Of a DNA stretch of 64,000 nt, positions 18,291-35,159 are shown piece after piece; the first letter of the stretch is position 1; each line of letters begins with the position of its first letter. Under the pieces are notes generated by a model, which was given only the letters and a program-made list of their open reading frames with translations, did no database searches and was not told where the DNA came from. The stretch lies in assembly GCF_009914755.1 (NCBI RefSeq), contig NC_060941.1. One strand, 5' to 3'. The stretch comes from the human T2T-CHM13v2.0 reference genome, Homo sapiens. Made by a program: the position numbers and the translations under genes.

Positions 18291-20291
18291 TATTGTAAGT
18301 TACTATTGTTTTCTAATTAGGCTTCCTGTGTCCATTGTTTGAACAATTACAATTATTCATTTGTTCCAAGGTGATGTCTCAGAGATATAAACCTGTTGCT
18401 GTCACCATTCTGCTGAAAGCCTTAAGGATGTACTCAGTTAAGTTCAAATATTAACGTGACATACAGGAATTCGTCATTTTATTGTGGTTCACTCTATGTT
18501 TTTGTAAATTGAAGGTTTGTGGCAATCCTGTGTCCAGGAAGTTTGTGGTGCCATTTTTTGTAACAGCATGTGCTTACTTTGTTTCTGTGTCACAATTTGG
18601 TAATTGTCACAATATTTCAAATTTTTCATTATTATTATATCTATTACAGTGATCTGTGACCAGTGGTCTTTGATGTTACTACTGTAATTGTTTTGGGGCA
18701 CCATGACCCTTGCCCATATAAAAAGCAAAATTAATCGATGAGCGTTGTGTGTATCCTAACTGTTCCACCAACAGGCTGTTCCCCATCTCTCTCCTTATTC
18801 TTGGGCCTCTCTATTCCTTGAGATACAATAATATTGAAATTATGCCAATTAATAACCCTACTATGGCTTCTAAGTGTGTTCCAGTGAATACACAAATGAT
18901 AAAAAAGTAAAAACAGCCTTATTGCTGATGTGGAGAAAGTTTTAGTACTCTGGATAAAAGAAAAACCAGCCACATTTCCTTAAGAGAAAGTCTAATCCAC
19001 AGCAAGACCCTAACTCTCTTTAATTCTACAAAGGCTGAGAGAGATGAGGAAGCGGCCAAAGAAAAGTTTGAAGCTAGCAGAAGTTGTTTCCTAAGGTTTA
19101 AGGAAACAAGCTATCTCCATAACATAAAAGTGCAAGGTGAAGCAGCAAGTACTAATATAGAAGTTGTAGGAAGTTATACAGAAGGTCTACTAAGATCTTC
19201 TGTAGGTGATGAAGGTGGCTACACTAAACAATAGATTTTCAATGTAGACAAAACATCTAGGACTTTTGTAGCTAGATAGAAGAAGTCGATGCCTGGCTTC
19301 CCCCAAAGGATAGGCTAACTTTCTTGTTTGGGGCTAATGCAGCTGGTCACTCTAAGTTGAAGCCCATGCTCACCTACTATTCTAAAAATCCTATGTCCTT
19401 AAGAATTATGCAGAAGCCTACTCTTCTTGTGCTCTATAAACGGAACAACAAAGCCCAGATGATAGCACATGTTTACAGCACGATTTACTGAACATTTTAA
19501 GCCCACTGGCTTAAAAGTAGTTGATACCTGCTACTATGAAAAGAAGATTCCTTTCAAAATATTACAGCTCATTGTCAATACACCTAGTCACCCAAAGGTG
19601 CTCTGATGAAGATGTACAAGGAGATTAATGTTGTTTTCATGCCTAGTAACACAGCATTCATTCTGAAGTCCATGAATCAAGCAGTAATTTTAACTTTCAA
19701 GTTTTTTAATTTAAGAAATATATTTTGTAAGGCTATAGGTGTCATAGATAATGATTCTGCAGATGAATCTGGGCAAAGTAAACTGAAAATCTTCTAGAAA
19801 TGATTCATCCTTCTAAATGACATTAAGAACATTCATGATTCATGAGAGGAGGTCAAAATATCAACATTAAATAGAGTTTAGAAGTTGATTTCAACCATTA
19901 TGGTGAATGATTTTGTGAGGCGTTCAAGACTTTACTGGAGGAAGTAACTGCAGATATGGTAGAAATATTAAGATTACTAGAATAACAAATGGAGCCTGAA
20001 GATATGACTGAATCACTGCAATTTTATAATAAACCTTGAAAAGATGAGAACTTACGTCTTATGAATGAACAAAGAATGTGATTTCTTGAGATGAAATCTG
20101 CTGGTGAAGATGCTGTGAACATTGTTTAAATGACAACCACAAAAATTGAAATATTATATAATTTAGTTGACGAAGCAGCAGTAGGGTTTGAGGAGACTGG
20201 CTCCAATTTTGAAAGAAGTTTGCATCCTACGAAGAAACTTTTAGTAAAAGGGAGAGTTACTATCGATGAAGCAAACTTCATTGTTGTCTTA

Positions 20292-20742
<451 letters not shown>

Positions 20743-21479
20743 CTAGACATTCAGCAATCACCCCTCTGATCAATCAGTAGCCATCAACCTTAAGACAAGA
20801 CCTTTCACCAGCAAAAGGATTTCACCTCACTAAAGGCTCAGAGGATCATTAACTTTTTTTTTAGCAATAAAGTATTTTTAACTAAAGTAAGGTATGTACA
20901 TGTTTTACATAATCCCATTACACATTTAGTAGACTACAATAAACTTAAACATAACTTCTGTATGCACTGTGAAACAAAATAATACATGTAACTTGCTTTA
21001 TTGCAATATTTACTTTATTGCAGTGGCATGGAACTGAACTAACAATATCTCTTAGGTATGCCTGTAAACAGCTTTTTAATCATCACATTCCAGAGGATCT
21101 CTCTGAAGTTACACTATGCCATCATGCTGTACATACCCTCTGCCCTTCAGACTTAGTAAAACACCTATCTTCCCAGTTATAGATCTTATGCCTATGGAAT
21201 TTGCTGATCTCTGGGCCAAGAAAGCCCTTCTTCATCTTGTCAGCCTCTTGAATTCCTATTCAAACACCCTTCTCCCATTGATATCTCGGTCAACTCCCAA
21301 AATAACCCGTCTCCTCTACATCCTTAGAGCTCTAGTAGCATAAGTCCATGATAGTATCCACTGCAGTACACAGTAGAAATTTCTTCTTCTGTCTCTGTCC
21401 CTCCCTGGATTTTGGAGGCAGCTTTTATGTTCATGATAGTCTGCTTAGATTGGAAAGCAAATCACGAGATTTTGTAAGT

Positions 21480-21690
21480 TACACTGGATGCATCAGCAGA
21501 CAAGCCTTTGAGTTCCAGCTTTGCCACTTACTAGCTTGTCCCACAAGCTCTTGCAAGTCAACCAATGCTTCAGAACTCTATTTTTTGTTTTAAAAATTTA
21601 AAGTATTCTCTGTTTCACATAATTACTGCAAATATTAGTGTCTGCAGATTTTTAACTATAAAATGCTGAACATATAAAAAGTTTTCAATA
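21480..21690 (+). mobile_element. MIR fragment
   Basis: GAGTTCCAGCTTTGCCACTTACTAGCT core. Confidence 0.6.
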
Positions 21691-22949
21691 GATTTGCAAG
21701 TACAAAACCTTAAAGTTATCATTATTAACAGTGTAACTCCCTCAAAAATCACAAATCATTTACAGTCATGAAATGTAAATAGCTATAACTGTTGTAAGAA
21801 GGAATTTCATGCAATCTTTAATTTGACAAATGAGGAAATCTTTGTCTTAATAGGTTAAATGGGTTGCCTAAGATCACGCAGCAATGACACAGTCGAATTG
21901 TAGGCAGAATTTATCATAGCCACAGGGTTATAGATGAGGACTTGTTACATTACAATGGGATAAATCTTGAAAATCACTGAAGCTGAAGAATATTTTTAAA
22001 TTATCTACCATATTTATAACTTAAGATGCAAATTTACTCTTACAAGAAGATTTAATCCCAATAAGAAATTCAACTTTATATTTTTTATTAATCTGACCAT
22101 AGACAACACTTGATCTTCTATCAGAGTCATTTCTGATAAAGTGGATAGATTACTAAGATTGAGAAATTGTCGTTTAGGAATAATATATTATAACAAATAT
22201 ACATATTACATACATATTACAAACTTTGAACCATAGAGTATTCCAGACCTTTAAACAGCTCTACCACCACCCCCATCTATGTCCATTCATCTGTTTTATC
22301 TTTTAAATTAAGACCCTGATTCGTATTGCAAATTAAATATTCCACAGGTGGTAAGCACTTTCAAAGGCAGAGGGATCAAAATGGAAAATGAGGGGCAAAA
22401 AACAGAGGAAATATAGTCTTACAAAATTATTTTATTAATATAGGGGAAAACAAAATCAATTCCTATTTAAAACTCATGCCAGCCACTTCTGTCCATAAGA
22501 AAAATCATATAAATTTTCTCCTGAGTTGATAGAGCAATGTTTAAAGACATATATTGATGGTTTACGGTGGTTGAGATTTCAGATATGATGTGAGAGGATT
22601 GAGGACAACTGATAGGAAGAGAAGAGAGGAGTGCACTGGGAGAGAGAAGCTCAGAAACATGCGGGAGGGATGACATTTTATTTCTAGAGCAGGTTGGGAT
22701 GAGGTTAAAGCTGGGACAGAGAACAGAAGATCCATAAGACAAGAGACTTGAGAGAGAGCAAAGAATTTAACAGAACAAAAATCAATCAATCAATCAATCA
22801 ATTTCCGAACATGAGTTAGTGAGGTGACAAGTCCTCTATTTGTCCCTGGACTTCCTTGGAGTGAGGCTCATGCTCTGCCATAGATGATATTCTGGTTCAA
22901 AACACTCCTGCTTAAATCTTGAAAGACAAGTTGATGTAATACTTAAAAG

Positions 22950-24620
22950 TCATCATTAGTTTTTTCATGACAATATTTTTCTGTATTTTTAACCTATCTG
23001 TCGTGTTATACATAATGATCATTTTTTTGTAAAGAGCATATAGTTGGGTCTTGCCTTGTTCACAGGCTGATAATCTCTTCCTTTTAATTAAAGTGTTTTA
23101 TCTATTTATACTTGATATAAATAGTGTTCTGGTTGGATATAAGACTACCTTATTGCTAATTATTTTCTATTTGAAACACCTATCCTTGTTTCAAGTTTTC
23201 TTCCTTTCTTGCCATCTTTTGGATTAAATGTGTATTTGATTAGGATTCCATTTTAGCTCTCCAATTGACTTTTTTGTTAGTATTTGCTCTGAAGATGGCA
23301 ATATGTTCTTGTAACTTATCATCATATGCAATAAATTAGAGAGTTTCGGTATGAGTGACAAACTTGTCACCTTATAGAAGAAGGCAACGTGAATGAGCTA
23401 ACATTCTAGGAATAGGTTATTTTAATTATGCTTTGCTTTCTGTAATATACAAATTCCAGATTTCACTGGATATATTAATCTGTAGCATATCAATGTATAC
23501 TATCAATAATTTGTGAATATTATAATGGTATAATTTAATTAAATATGAATTCAATTCCATTTTTTTGCCATTTTGGAATACACTTACCTTGTACACATGT
23601 TTTAAACCCAAAAGTATATTTTTTTAGTTTAAATAATTATCTAAAATAAATGAAGAAGAGAAAAATATACATCCTTTCTATTTAGCTACAAATTCTCCAG
23701 TTCTGGATCTCTTCATTTCTATGTGTAAATCATTTTTCTCAAAGATTTTCTTAAACATTCCGTATGGTCCAGATATGTTGGTAATAAAGGCTCATAGCAT
23801 TCACCTGCAAATGTCTTCATTTCACTTTTATTTTTGGAGGATGTCAATAATGTATATAGAATTCTAGATTAAAAATTGTAATTTTTTTCTTTCAACATAT
23901 TAAAAAATATTGATGTGTTGAATAATAGCTTGCATTCTGATGAGAAACCATTGGACATTCTTATCACTTTCCCCAGAGTATAATGTGAATGTTTATATTG
24001 ATTTTTATTCTGGTTTTTAGTTATAATTTATTAGCTTCATTTCTTAATCTTATTGTTTAGATGTATTAGTTGGAACTCCAATGTCTTAGTTGGAATCTTA
24101 GTGTTCTTTTTCCTCTTAGGCTTTAAAATGTATTGCTTTATTTTTAGTTCTCAAAAAAAACTATGATGTGTCTAAGTATTGTGTGTGTTTGCTTATTCTG
24201 CTTGATTTTGCTTGACTTCTTAGTTTCGTGAGCTAATACTTTTCATCACAATTTGAAAATTTGTTTTCAATTATTTTTTAAATATTTTGTGTCCCAATTT
24301 CTTTTACTTTTCTTCTAACTCCAATTATACATATAATATTTGATATGTTCCTGAAGACTATTAAGGTTTTTTTCAGTCTTTTGTATTTCTAAAACATTGG
24401 TTTGGATAGTCTATATTACTTATTTTCAAGTTCAAATTCTTTAAGTTTAATAATCTTTTATTCTCTGGTCTCCCATCTATTGTTAAGGCCAGCTGGTAAA
24501 CTGTTCATTTTAGATTTTACATTTTTCAGGTCTAGAGATTTTATTTCTCTGCTGATATTTCCTATCCAATTATTTATTATATTCATGCTTTCTGTAAAAT
24601 TTGTAAATATATTTTTGATG
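22950..24620 (-). mobile_element. Ancient L1M (L1ME-like) fragment
   Basis: CATATAGTTGGGTCTTG, TATAGAATTCTAG, TTCTGATGAGAAA, i.e. antisense L1M ORF1/ORF2 signatures; appears to resume at 26430-26830. Confidence 0.65.
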
Positions 24621-25670
24621 TGTTTTATTTTATTTTATTTTATTTTCAACTTTTGTGTTAAATTCAGTGGGTACATGTGCAGGTTTGTTACCTGGATAAA
24701 TTGCATCATGCTGAGGTTTGGAGTACAAAGGATCCCATCACCCAGGTACTGACTGAGCCTAGTACCCAATAGTTAGCTGTTTGACCCTTTTCCTACTCCA
24801 TCCCTCCCTTTTTAGTAGTCGCCAGTGTCTATTGTTGCCATCTTTATGTCCATGAGCATTCAATATTTAGACCCTATTTACAAGTGAGAACATGAATTAT
24901 TTGATTTTCTGTTTCTGCATTAATTTGCTTAGGAAAATGGCCTCCAGTTTCATTCATGTGGCTGCAAAGAACATAACTTTATTTTTTTAATGGCTGTGTA
25001 GTATTTCATTGTGCGTATGTACTATATTTTCTTCATCCACTTCACCATTCATAGGCACTTAGGTTGATTCTATGTTTTTGCTCTTGTAAATAGTGCTCTG
25101 ATGACCATGAGAGCACATGTCTTTTTGGTAGAACAGTTTGTTTCCATTTGCATATTAAATTAGTCTGTTTTCACATTGCTATAAAGAAATACCTGAGACT
25201 GGGTAATGTATAAGAAAGGAAGATTAATTGGCTCACAGTTCTGCAGGCTGTATAGAAAGTGTAGTGGTTTCTGCTTCTGGGAGGCCTGAGGAAGCGTCCA
25301 AACATGGAGTAAGGAGAAGGGAGAGCAGACATTTTATATGGCAGAAGCAGGAGCAAGACAGAGAGAAGTGGGGGAGGTGCTATGCACTTTTATAAAACTA
25401 GATCTCATGAGAAGTCACTCACTATCATGAGAACAGCACCAAAGGATTGGTGCAAAATCATTCATGGGAAATTCCCCCCCATTAACAAATCACCTCCCAC
25501 AAGGCACCACTTCCAATAATTGGAATTACAATTCAACATGAGATTTGGGCAGGAACACAGATCCAAACCATATCAGATATATACCCAGTAATGGTATATA
25601 ATGCTGGATCGAATGGTAGCTCTGTTTTAAGTTCTTTGAGAAATTTCCAAATTTATTTCCACCGTGGTTT
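24621..25670 (-). mobile_element. L1PA15/16-like 3' end, split by an MST LTR
   Basis: GGGTACATGTGCAGGTTTGTTAC...GCTGAGGTTTGG...CCCATCACCCAGGTA; resumes at 25576 with ATATACCCAGTAATGG. Confidence 0.85.
25156..25575 (-). mobile_element. MSTA/MSTB solo LTR (MaLR)
   Basis: ATTAGTCTGTTTTCACATTGCTATAAAGAAATACCTGAGACTGGGTAA...ATCCAAACCATATCA; 5-bp TSD-like CATAT/GATAT. Confidence 0.88.
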
Positions 25671-26429
25671 GCCACTTAGAAATTTCTTCTGCTGGATACC
25701 CTAAATCATCTCTCTCAAGTTCAAATTTCCACAGATCTCTAGGGCAGAGGCAAAATGCTGCCAGTCTCTTTGCTAAAGCATAAGAAGAGTCACCTTTCCT
25801 CCAGTTCCCAACAAGTTCCTCATCTCCATCTGAGACCACTTCAGCCTGGACTTCATTGTCCATATCACTATAAGGATTTGGGTCAAAACCATTCAACAAA
25901 TCTCTAAGAAGTCCCAGACTTTCCCACATCTTCATGTCTTCTTCTGAGCCCTCCAAACTGTTCCAACCTCTGCCTGTTATGTGGTTCCAAAGTCACTTCC
26001 ACATTTTCAGGTATCTTTATGGCAGCACCCCATGCTCTGTTGTATTAATTTACTGTATTAGTCTGTTCTCACACTGCTAACAATCACATACCCAAGACTG
26101 GGCAATTTTTAAAATAAAGAGGCTTAATTGACTCACAGTTCATCATGTCTGGGGAGGTCTCAGGAAATTTACAATCATGTCAGAAGGGGAAGAAAACACA
26201 TCCTTCTTCACGTAGCAGCAGGAAGGAGAAGCACCGAGCAAAAGAAGGAAAAACCCCTTATAAAACCATCAGGTCTCATGAGAACTCACTCACTATCACA
26301 AGAACAGCATGAGGGTAACCACCCCCATGGTTAAATTACTTCCCACCAGGACCCTCCCATGACATGTGAGGATTATGGGAATTACAATTCGAGATGAGAT
26401 TTGGGTAGGGACACAGCCAAACTATATCA
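25671..26429 (-). mobile_element. Truncated THE1 element: complete 5' LTR (26054-26429) plus ~385 bp of internal sequence
   Basis: TGTATTAGTCTGTTCTCACACTGCTAA...GGGACACAGCCAAACTATATCA; internal ORF remnant EGSEED.KMWESL.L.RDLLNGFD typical of THE1-int. Confidence 0.9.
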
Positions 26430-27664
26430 ATCACCCTGAGCATTAAATGCTCAATATTTTATAGAAGCATCAAGACCATTCCTATGCAGATTTCTGAGGC
26501 CCCTTCTCTGTGTAGCTTATTTTTTCTGGTAGCCTGAATATAGGTTTCCTCAGTAACTCCAAATTCTGATATCTGTCTTCTTAGCTTAGCCATATCCTCT
26601 ACTCAACATATATTCTACTTCGCTGAGCTTCCAAGAGCCTCCAGGAAGAAAACTAGTGCAACTGTAGAGCTCACTTCATGTGTTTCCCTTGTCTCTGGAA
26701 TCACATTCCTATGCTAACTGTCCGATGTCTGAAACCAGTGGCCTTTATACATTTTGTCATGATTTGGAGTTGTTTATTGTGGGAGAATCAATGTGGAGCC
26801 AGGAACTTCATCATGCCTGTAAAATAATGTCCTAAAGCTGCTCTTTCTTATCACTTTACTTATCTCAGGACCTTTGTAAAGTTTAAACAACGACAACAAC
26901 AAATACTTGTTTCCTTTATGTCAAGGCCGTTTTGTTGATAAACATACAAACCTCTTCGTTTACTGATCTTTCACTCTCATTTATTTTTAAAAAAATAAAA
27001 GAAAATCCCCTGGTTTGCAGGCTCTTCTTTGCCCTCTGTGTTATCAAAATCTTAAGAAACTTCAAGGTCCATATGGTGACATATACAACATTCTGATCTT
27101 CAGTTCTCTGATTTGTTTTTGTACAGTTGCTTTCTATTTGTTTTCAGGTCTATGACTCACTTTTATAACTTCTCTCCAGGTTTGCCATCACTTGAAATAT
27201 ATTTTATCTCTTATGTCATAAATTCAGGCACCTACTACTTCAACCACAACCTCCTATTTATTTGTTAACCTATCCCCAGGTCTTCAATCATTTAACTTCC
27301 TTAGGACCTCCAGCACACACATACATATCCATGTCCTTTCTACCCTCTCCTTTTGACTAAATCTCCTATGCTGTGTATCCACTTCAATAACGTTCTTGCT
27401 AATATTCTCAGAAACCTCATTTATTTGACTTGTCATACTCTACCTTACCCTCCCCTCCCCTAACCCCCCTAAACAAAACATGACACTCAGTTTTCATCTA
27501 TCTGCCTTCTCTGCACCAAGATGCTAAACATAGTACAGAAATAGCACCCTACTCAGATTGGTGCCACTAAAATTTGTGATTCTCAACATCCCATGAGACT
27601 TAAACTTTCATAAAACTTCCGTGTTTCTTTAGCCATGTTTCTCTTTTGTTTACCACAGAAACTA

Positions 27665-27765
27665 TTACGTTGGTGCGAATGTAGTTGCGGTTTTTGCCAT
27701 TAACTAGATCTCACGAGAAGTCAAAAGTAATGGCAAAAACCACAATTATGTTTGCACCAACCTAA
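27665..27765. mobile_element. MADE1 (Hsmar1-derived MITE) with a 21-nt enlarged spacer
   Basis: 37-bp TIRs TTACGTTGGTGCGAATGTAGTTGCGGTTTTTGCCATT / AATGGCAAAAACCACAATTATGTTTGCACCAACCTAA; 101 bp instead of 80; 5' TA flank. Confidence 0.95.
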
Positions 27766-28010
27766 ATATATCAAATACACCTAATTATTTCTAATGCCTG
27801 ACACCTTCACTCACTGTCGAATACTCAGCCAATGTCCTTTCTTTGAATAGAAGTCATTACTTGAAAAATATTTCTATTTCCTTGAATCAAACAGATCAAC
27901 ATCAGTACCCATCTTATCCATCTCTTCTGCAACAACGGAATGGGTAATGTGTCCCTTCTCCTGCCAAAGTTTCATCACCCCACCCATGATCTGGACTGTG
28001 AACACTTTTC

Positions 28011-28299
28011 TTTTTTCTTTGAGATGGAGCTTCACTTTGTTATCCAGGCCGGAGTGCAGTGGCACAATCTTGGCTCACTGTAACCTCGCCTCCCGAGTTT
28101 AAGCAATTCTCCTGCCTCAGCCTCCTGAGTAGCTGGGATTACAGATGTGCACCACCACGGCCAGCTCTTTTTTGTATTTTTAGTAGAGTTGGGGTTTCAC
28201 CATGTTGGCCAGGCTGGTTTCAAACTCCTGACCTCGTGATCTGCCCGCCTTAGCCTCCCAAAGTGCTGGGATTACAGGTGTGAGCGACCGCGTCTGGCC
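28011..28299 (-). mobile_element. AluS (Sg/Sc-like) SINE
   Basis: TSD TGTGAACACTTTTCTT / TGTGAACCGTTTTCTT; CCTGACCTCGTGATC variant. Confidence 0.93.
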
Positions 28300-28464
28300 T
28301 GTGAACCGTTTTCTTGATCTCTCTGTCTCTTCAAAGATTCCCCTTCTACTGGCTTCTTTCCATTAGCATGTATAACACATATATTCAAATCTATTTTTCC
28401 ATAAGTCTCTCTTGACATCAGGTCCCCCTAACACTATTTCTCTTTTCTGTCTCATAGAGAATCT

Positions 28465-28690
28465 CTACAGCCAGACTGTCCAAGTTCATATTCCAGATTT
28501 GCCACTTACTAGCTGATTACTATTAATGTAACCTTTAACAACTCATCCAGCCTAAATGTGATTTCCTCCTCTGTAATATTAATACCTATCTCATAACTTA
28601 GACTAAATTGTAATATATGTGAAGCATTTGAAAATGCCTAGAAAATCAAATGCTAAATAAGTATTGGATATAGTGATACATATTATTATT
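28465..28690 (+). mobile_element. MIR
   Basis: AGCCAGACTGTCCAAGTTCATATTCCAG...TGCCACTTACTAGCTG. Confidence 0.7.
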
Positions 28691-30290
28691 GTTTAAGTGA
28701 AATTTTCTGGAACAAGTATTCATACAAGTTATATAGTCGTTCTTATTTTCTGATTATTACTCAGCACTCAGATATCTGGCAGCTGTGTCAAATGTTCAGT
28801 GAAATGTTCTTGCCAAGACATTGCCAAATCCAAGAGATATTTCTCAGTTTTTCTTATCTGACTTTTGCCAGCATTTCACATTGCTGATCATTTCCTAGTT
28901 GCTGTAACATCCCATTTTCCTGATCTCTGTGGAATTATTCTCTCTGGGATGTCTTCTACCCTTTGGGTGTTCCTTCTTACTATATTTTGCAATTTTTTTC
29001 TTCTTTTTCTTTTTTTGCTTTCATTTTAAGTGTTAACTGTCTTAAATGCCAGGATTTTCCGGAGTTCTCTTTTAGATTCTCTTCTCACTCTACACATTGT
29101 TCCTGATCTCATTTCTCCTGGTGTTTTCAATATACTTGCTGATTATTTTTTTAAAAATCTCTGTCTTCAGCTAAAATCTATCTCCTGAGCACCCAATCAA
29201 TTTAGCTACTAAAATCTCCATGGGGATCTTAGATTCAACACATATAAAATGTAACCCATCTAAGTTGCTTCCAAGATGGCCAAATAGGAACAGCTCCAGT
29301 CTGCAGCTCACAGCGAGATTGACGCAGAACATGGGTGATTTCTACATTTCCAACTGAGGTACCTGGTTCATCTCATTGAGACTGGTTGGACGGTGGGTGC
29401 AGCCCATGGAAGGTGAGCTGAAGCAGGATGGGGTGTCGCCTCACCCAGAAGGCACAAGGGGTTGGGGGATTTCCCTTTTCTAGCCAAGGGAAGTTGTGAC
29501 AGACTGTATCTGGAGAAATGGTACACTCCTGACCAAATACTGCACTATTCCCACAGTCTTAGCAACTGGCAGACCAAGGGATACCTTCCCATGCCTGGCT
29601 CAGTGGGTCCCACGCCCACAGAGCCTTGCTCACTGCCAGCGTGGCAGTCTGACATCAACCTGAAATGCTGCAGCTGGATGGGGGAGGGGTGTCCACCATT
29701 GCTGAGGCTTGAGTAGCTCACAGTGTAAACAAAGAGGCCTGGAAGCATGAAGCGGGTGGAGGCCCCTGCAGCTCAGCAAGGCCTAGTGCCTTTATAGATT
29801 CCACCTCTGGGGGCAGGGCATAGGAGAAGAAGAGGCAGCAGACACCTTCTGCAGACTTAAACGTCCCTGTCTGACAGCTCTGAAGAGAGCAGTGGTTCTC
29901 TCAGCATGGTGCTCGACCTCCAATAATGGACAGACTACCTCCTCAAGCAAGACCCTGATCCCCATGTAGGGTGACTGGGAAAAACCTCCCAGCCGGAGCC
30001 AACAGACACCTCAAACAGGTGGGTGCTCTTCTGGGATGAAGCTTCCAGAGGAAGGATAAGGCAGCAATATTTGCTCTTCTGCAGCCTCTGCTGATGATAT
30101 CCTGGCAAACAGGGTCTGGAGTGCAACTCCAGCAAACTCCAACATACCTGCAGCTGAGGGGTCTGATTGTTAGAAGGAAAACTAACAAACAGAAAGGAAT
30201 AGTATCAACATCAACAAAAAGGACATCCACACCAAAACCCCATCTGTAGGTCACCAGCATGAAAGACCAAAAGTAGATAAATCCACAAAG

Positions 30291-31297
30291 GTGGGGAGAA
30301 AACAGAGCAGAAGAGCTGAAAATTCCAAAAAATAGAGCACCTCTTCTCCTCCAAAGGATTTCAGCGCCTCGCCAGCAAGGGAACAAAACTAGATGGAGAA
30401 TGAGTTTGATGAGTTGACAGAAGTAGGCTTCAGAAGGTCGGTAATAACAAACACCTCTGAGCTCTAACCCATCACAAGGAAGCTAAAAACCTGGAAAAAA
30501 GGTTAGACAAATGGCTAACTAGAATAAATAGTGTAGAGAAGACCTTAAATGACCTCATGGAGCTGAAAACCATGGCATGAGAACTTCATGAAACATGCAC
30601 AAGCTTCAACAGCCGATTTGATCAAGTGGAAAAAAGGATATCAGTGATTGAAGATCATATTAATGAAATAAAGTGAGAAGACAAGATTAGGGAAAAAAGA
30701 GTGAACAGAAATAAACAAAGCCTCCAAGAAATATTGGACTACGTGAAAAGACCAAATCTACATTTCATTGGTGTGCCAGAAAGTGATGGGGAGAATGGAA
30801 CCAAGTTGGAAAACACTCTTCAGGATATTATCCAGGAGAACTTCCCCAACCTAGCAAGGCTGGCCAATATTCAAATTCAGGAAATACAGAGAACACCACA
30901 GAGATACTTCTCAAGAAGAGCAACCCCAAGACACATAATTGTCAGATTCACCAAGGTTGAAATGAGGAAAACATGTTAAGGGCAGCCAGAGAGAAAGGTC
31001 GAGTTACCCACAAAGGGAAGCCCATCAGACTAACAGTAGATCTCTTGGCAGGAACCCTACAAGCCAGAAGAGAAAGGGGACCAATATTCAACATTCTTAA
31101 AGAAAGAATTTTCAACCCAGAATCTCATATCCAGCTAAACTAAGCTTCATAAGTGAAGGAGAAATAAAATCCTTTACAGACAAGCAAATGTTGACTGATT
31201 TTGTCACCACCACACCTTATTAGAACTCCTGAAGGAAGCACTAAACATGGAAAGGAACAATTGGTACCAGCCACTGCAAAAACATGCCAAATGGTAA
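30291..31297 (+). pseudogene. L1 ORF1, disrupted (start codon reads GTG)
   Basis: Fragment NKQSLQEILDYVKRPNLHFIGVPESDGENGTKLENTLQDIIQENFPNLAR. Confidence 0.9.
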
Positions 31298-31360
31298 AGA
31301 CCACAGATGCTCTGAAGAACCTGCATCAATTAACAGGCAAAATAACCAGCTAACATCATA

Positions 31361-35159
<3,799 letters not shown>

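Larger units (their letters stand above)
26990..29262 (+). mobile_element. L2 remnant hosting MADE1, Alu, MIR and the L1 at 29264; resumes ~35385-35920
   Basis: Pyrimidine-rich L2 ORF2 signatures (CAGCATTTCACATTGCTGATCATTTCC; CTCTTCTCACTCTACAC; ATCTCCTGAGC). Confidence 0.65.

Noticed and set aside
25627-25956. 109-aa acidic ORF
   Set aside because: Standard THE1/MaLR internal ORF remnant running into L1 sequence
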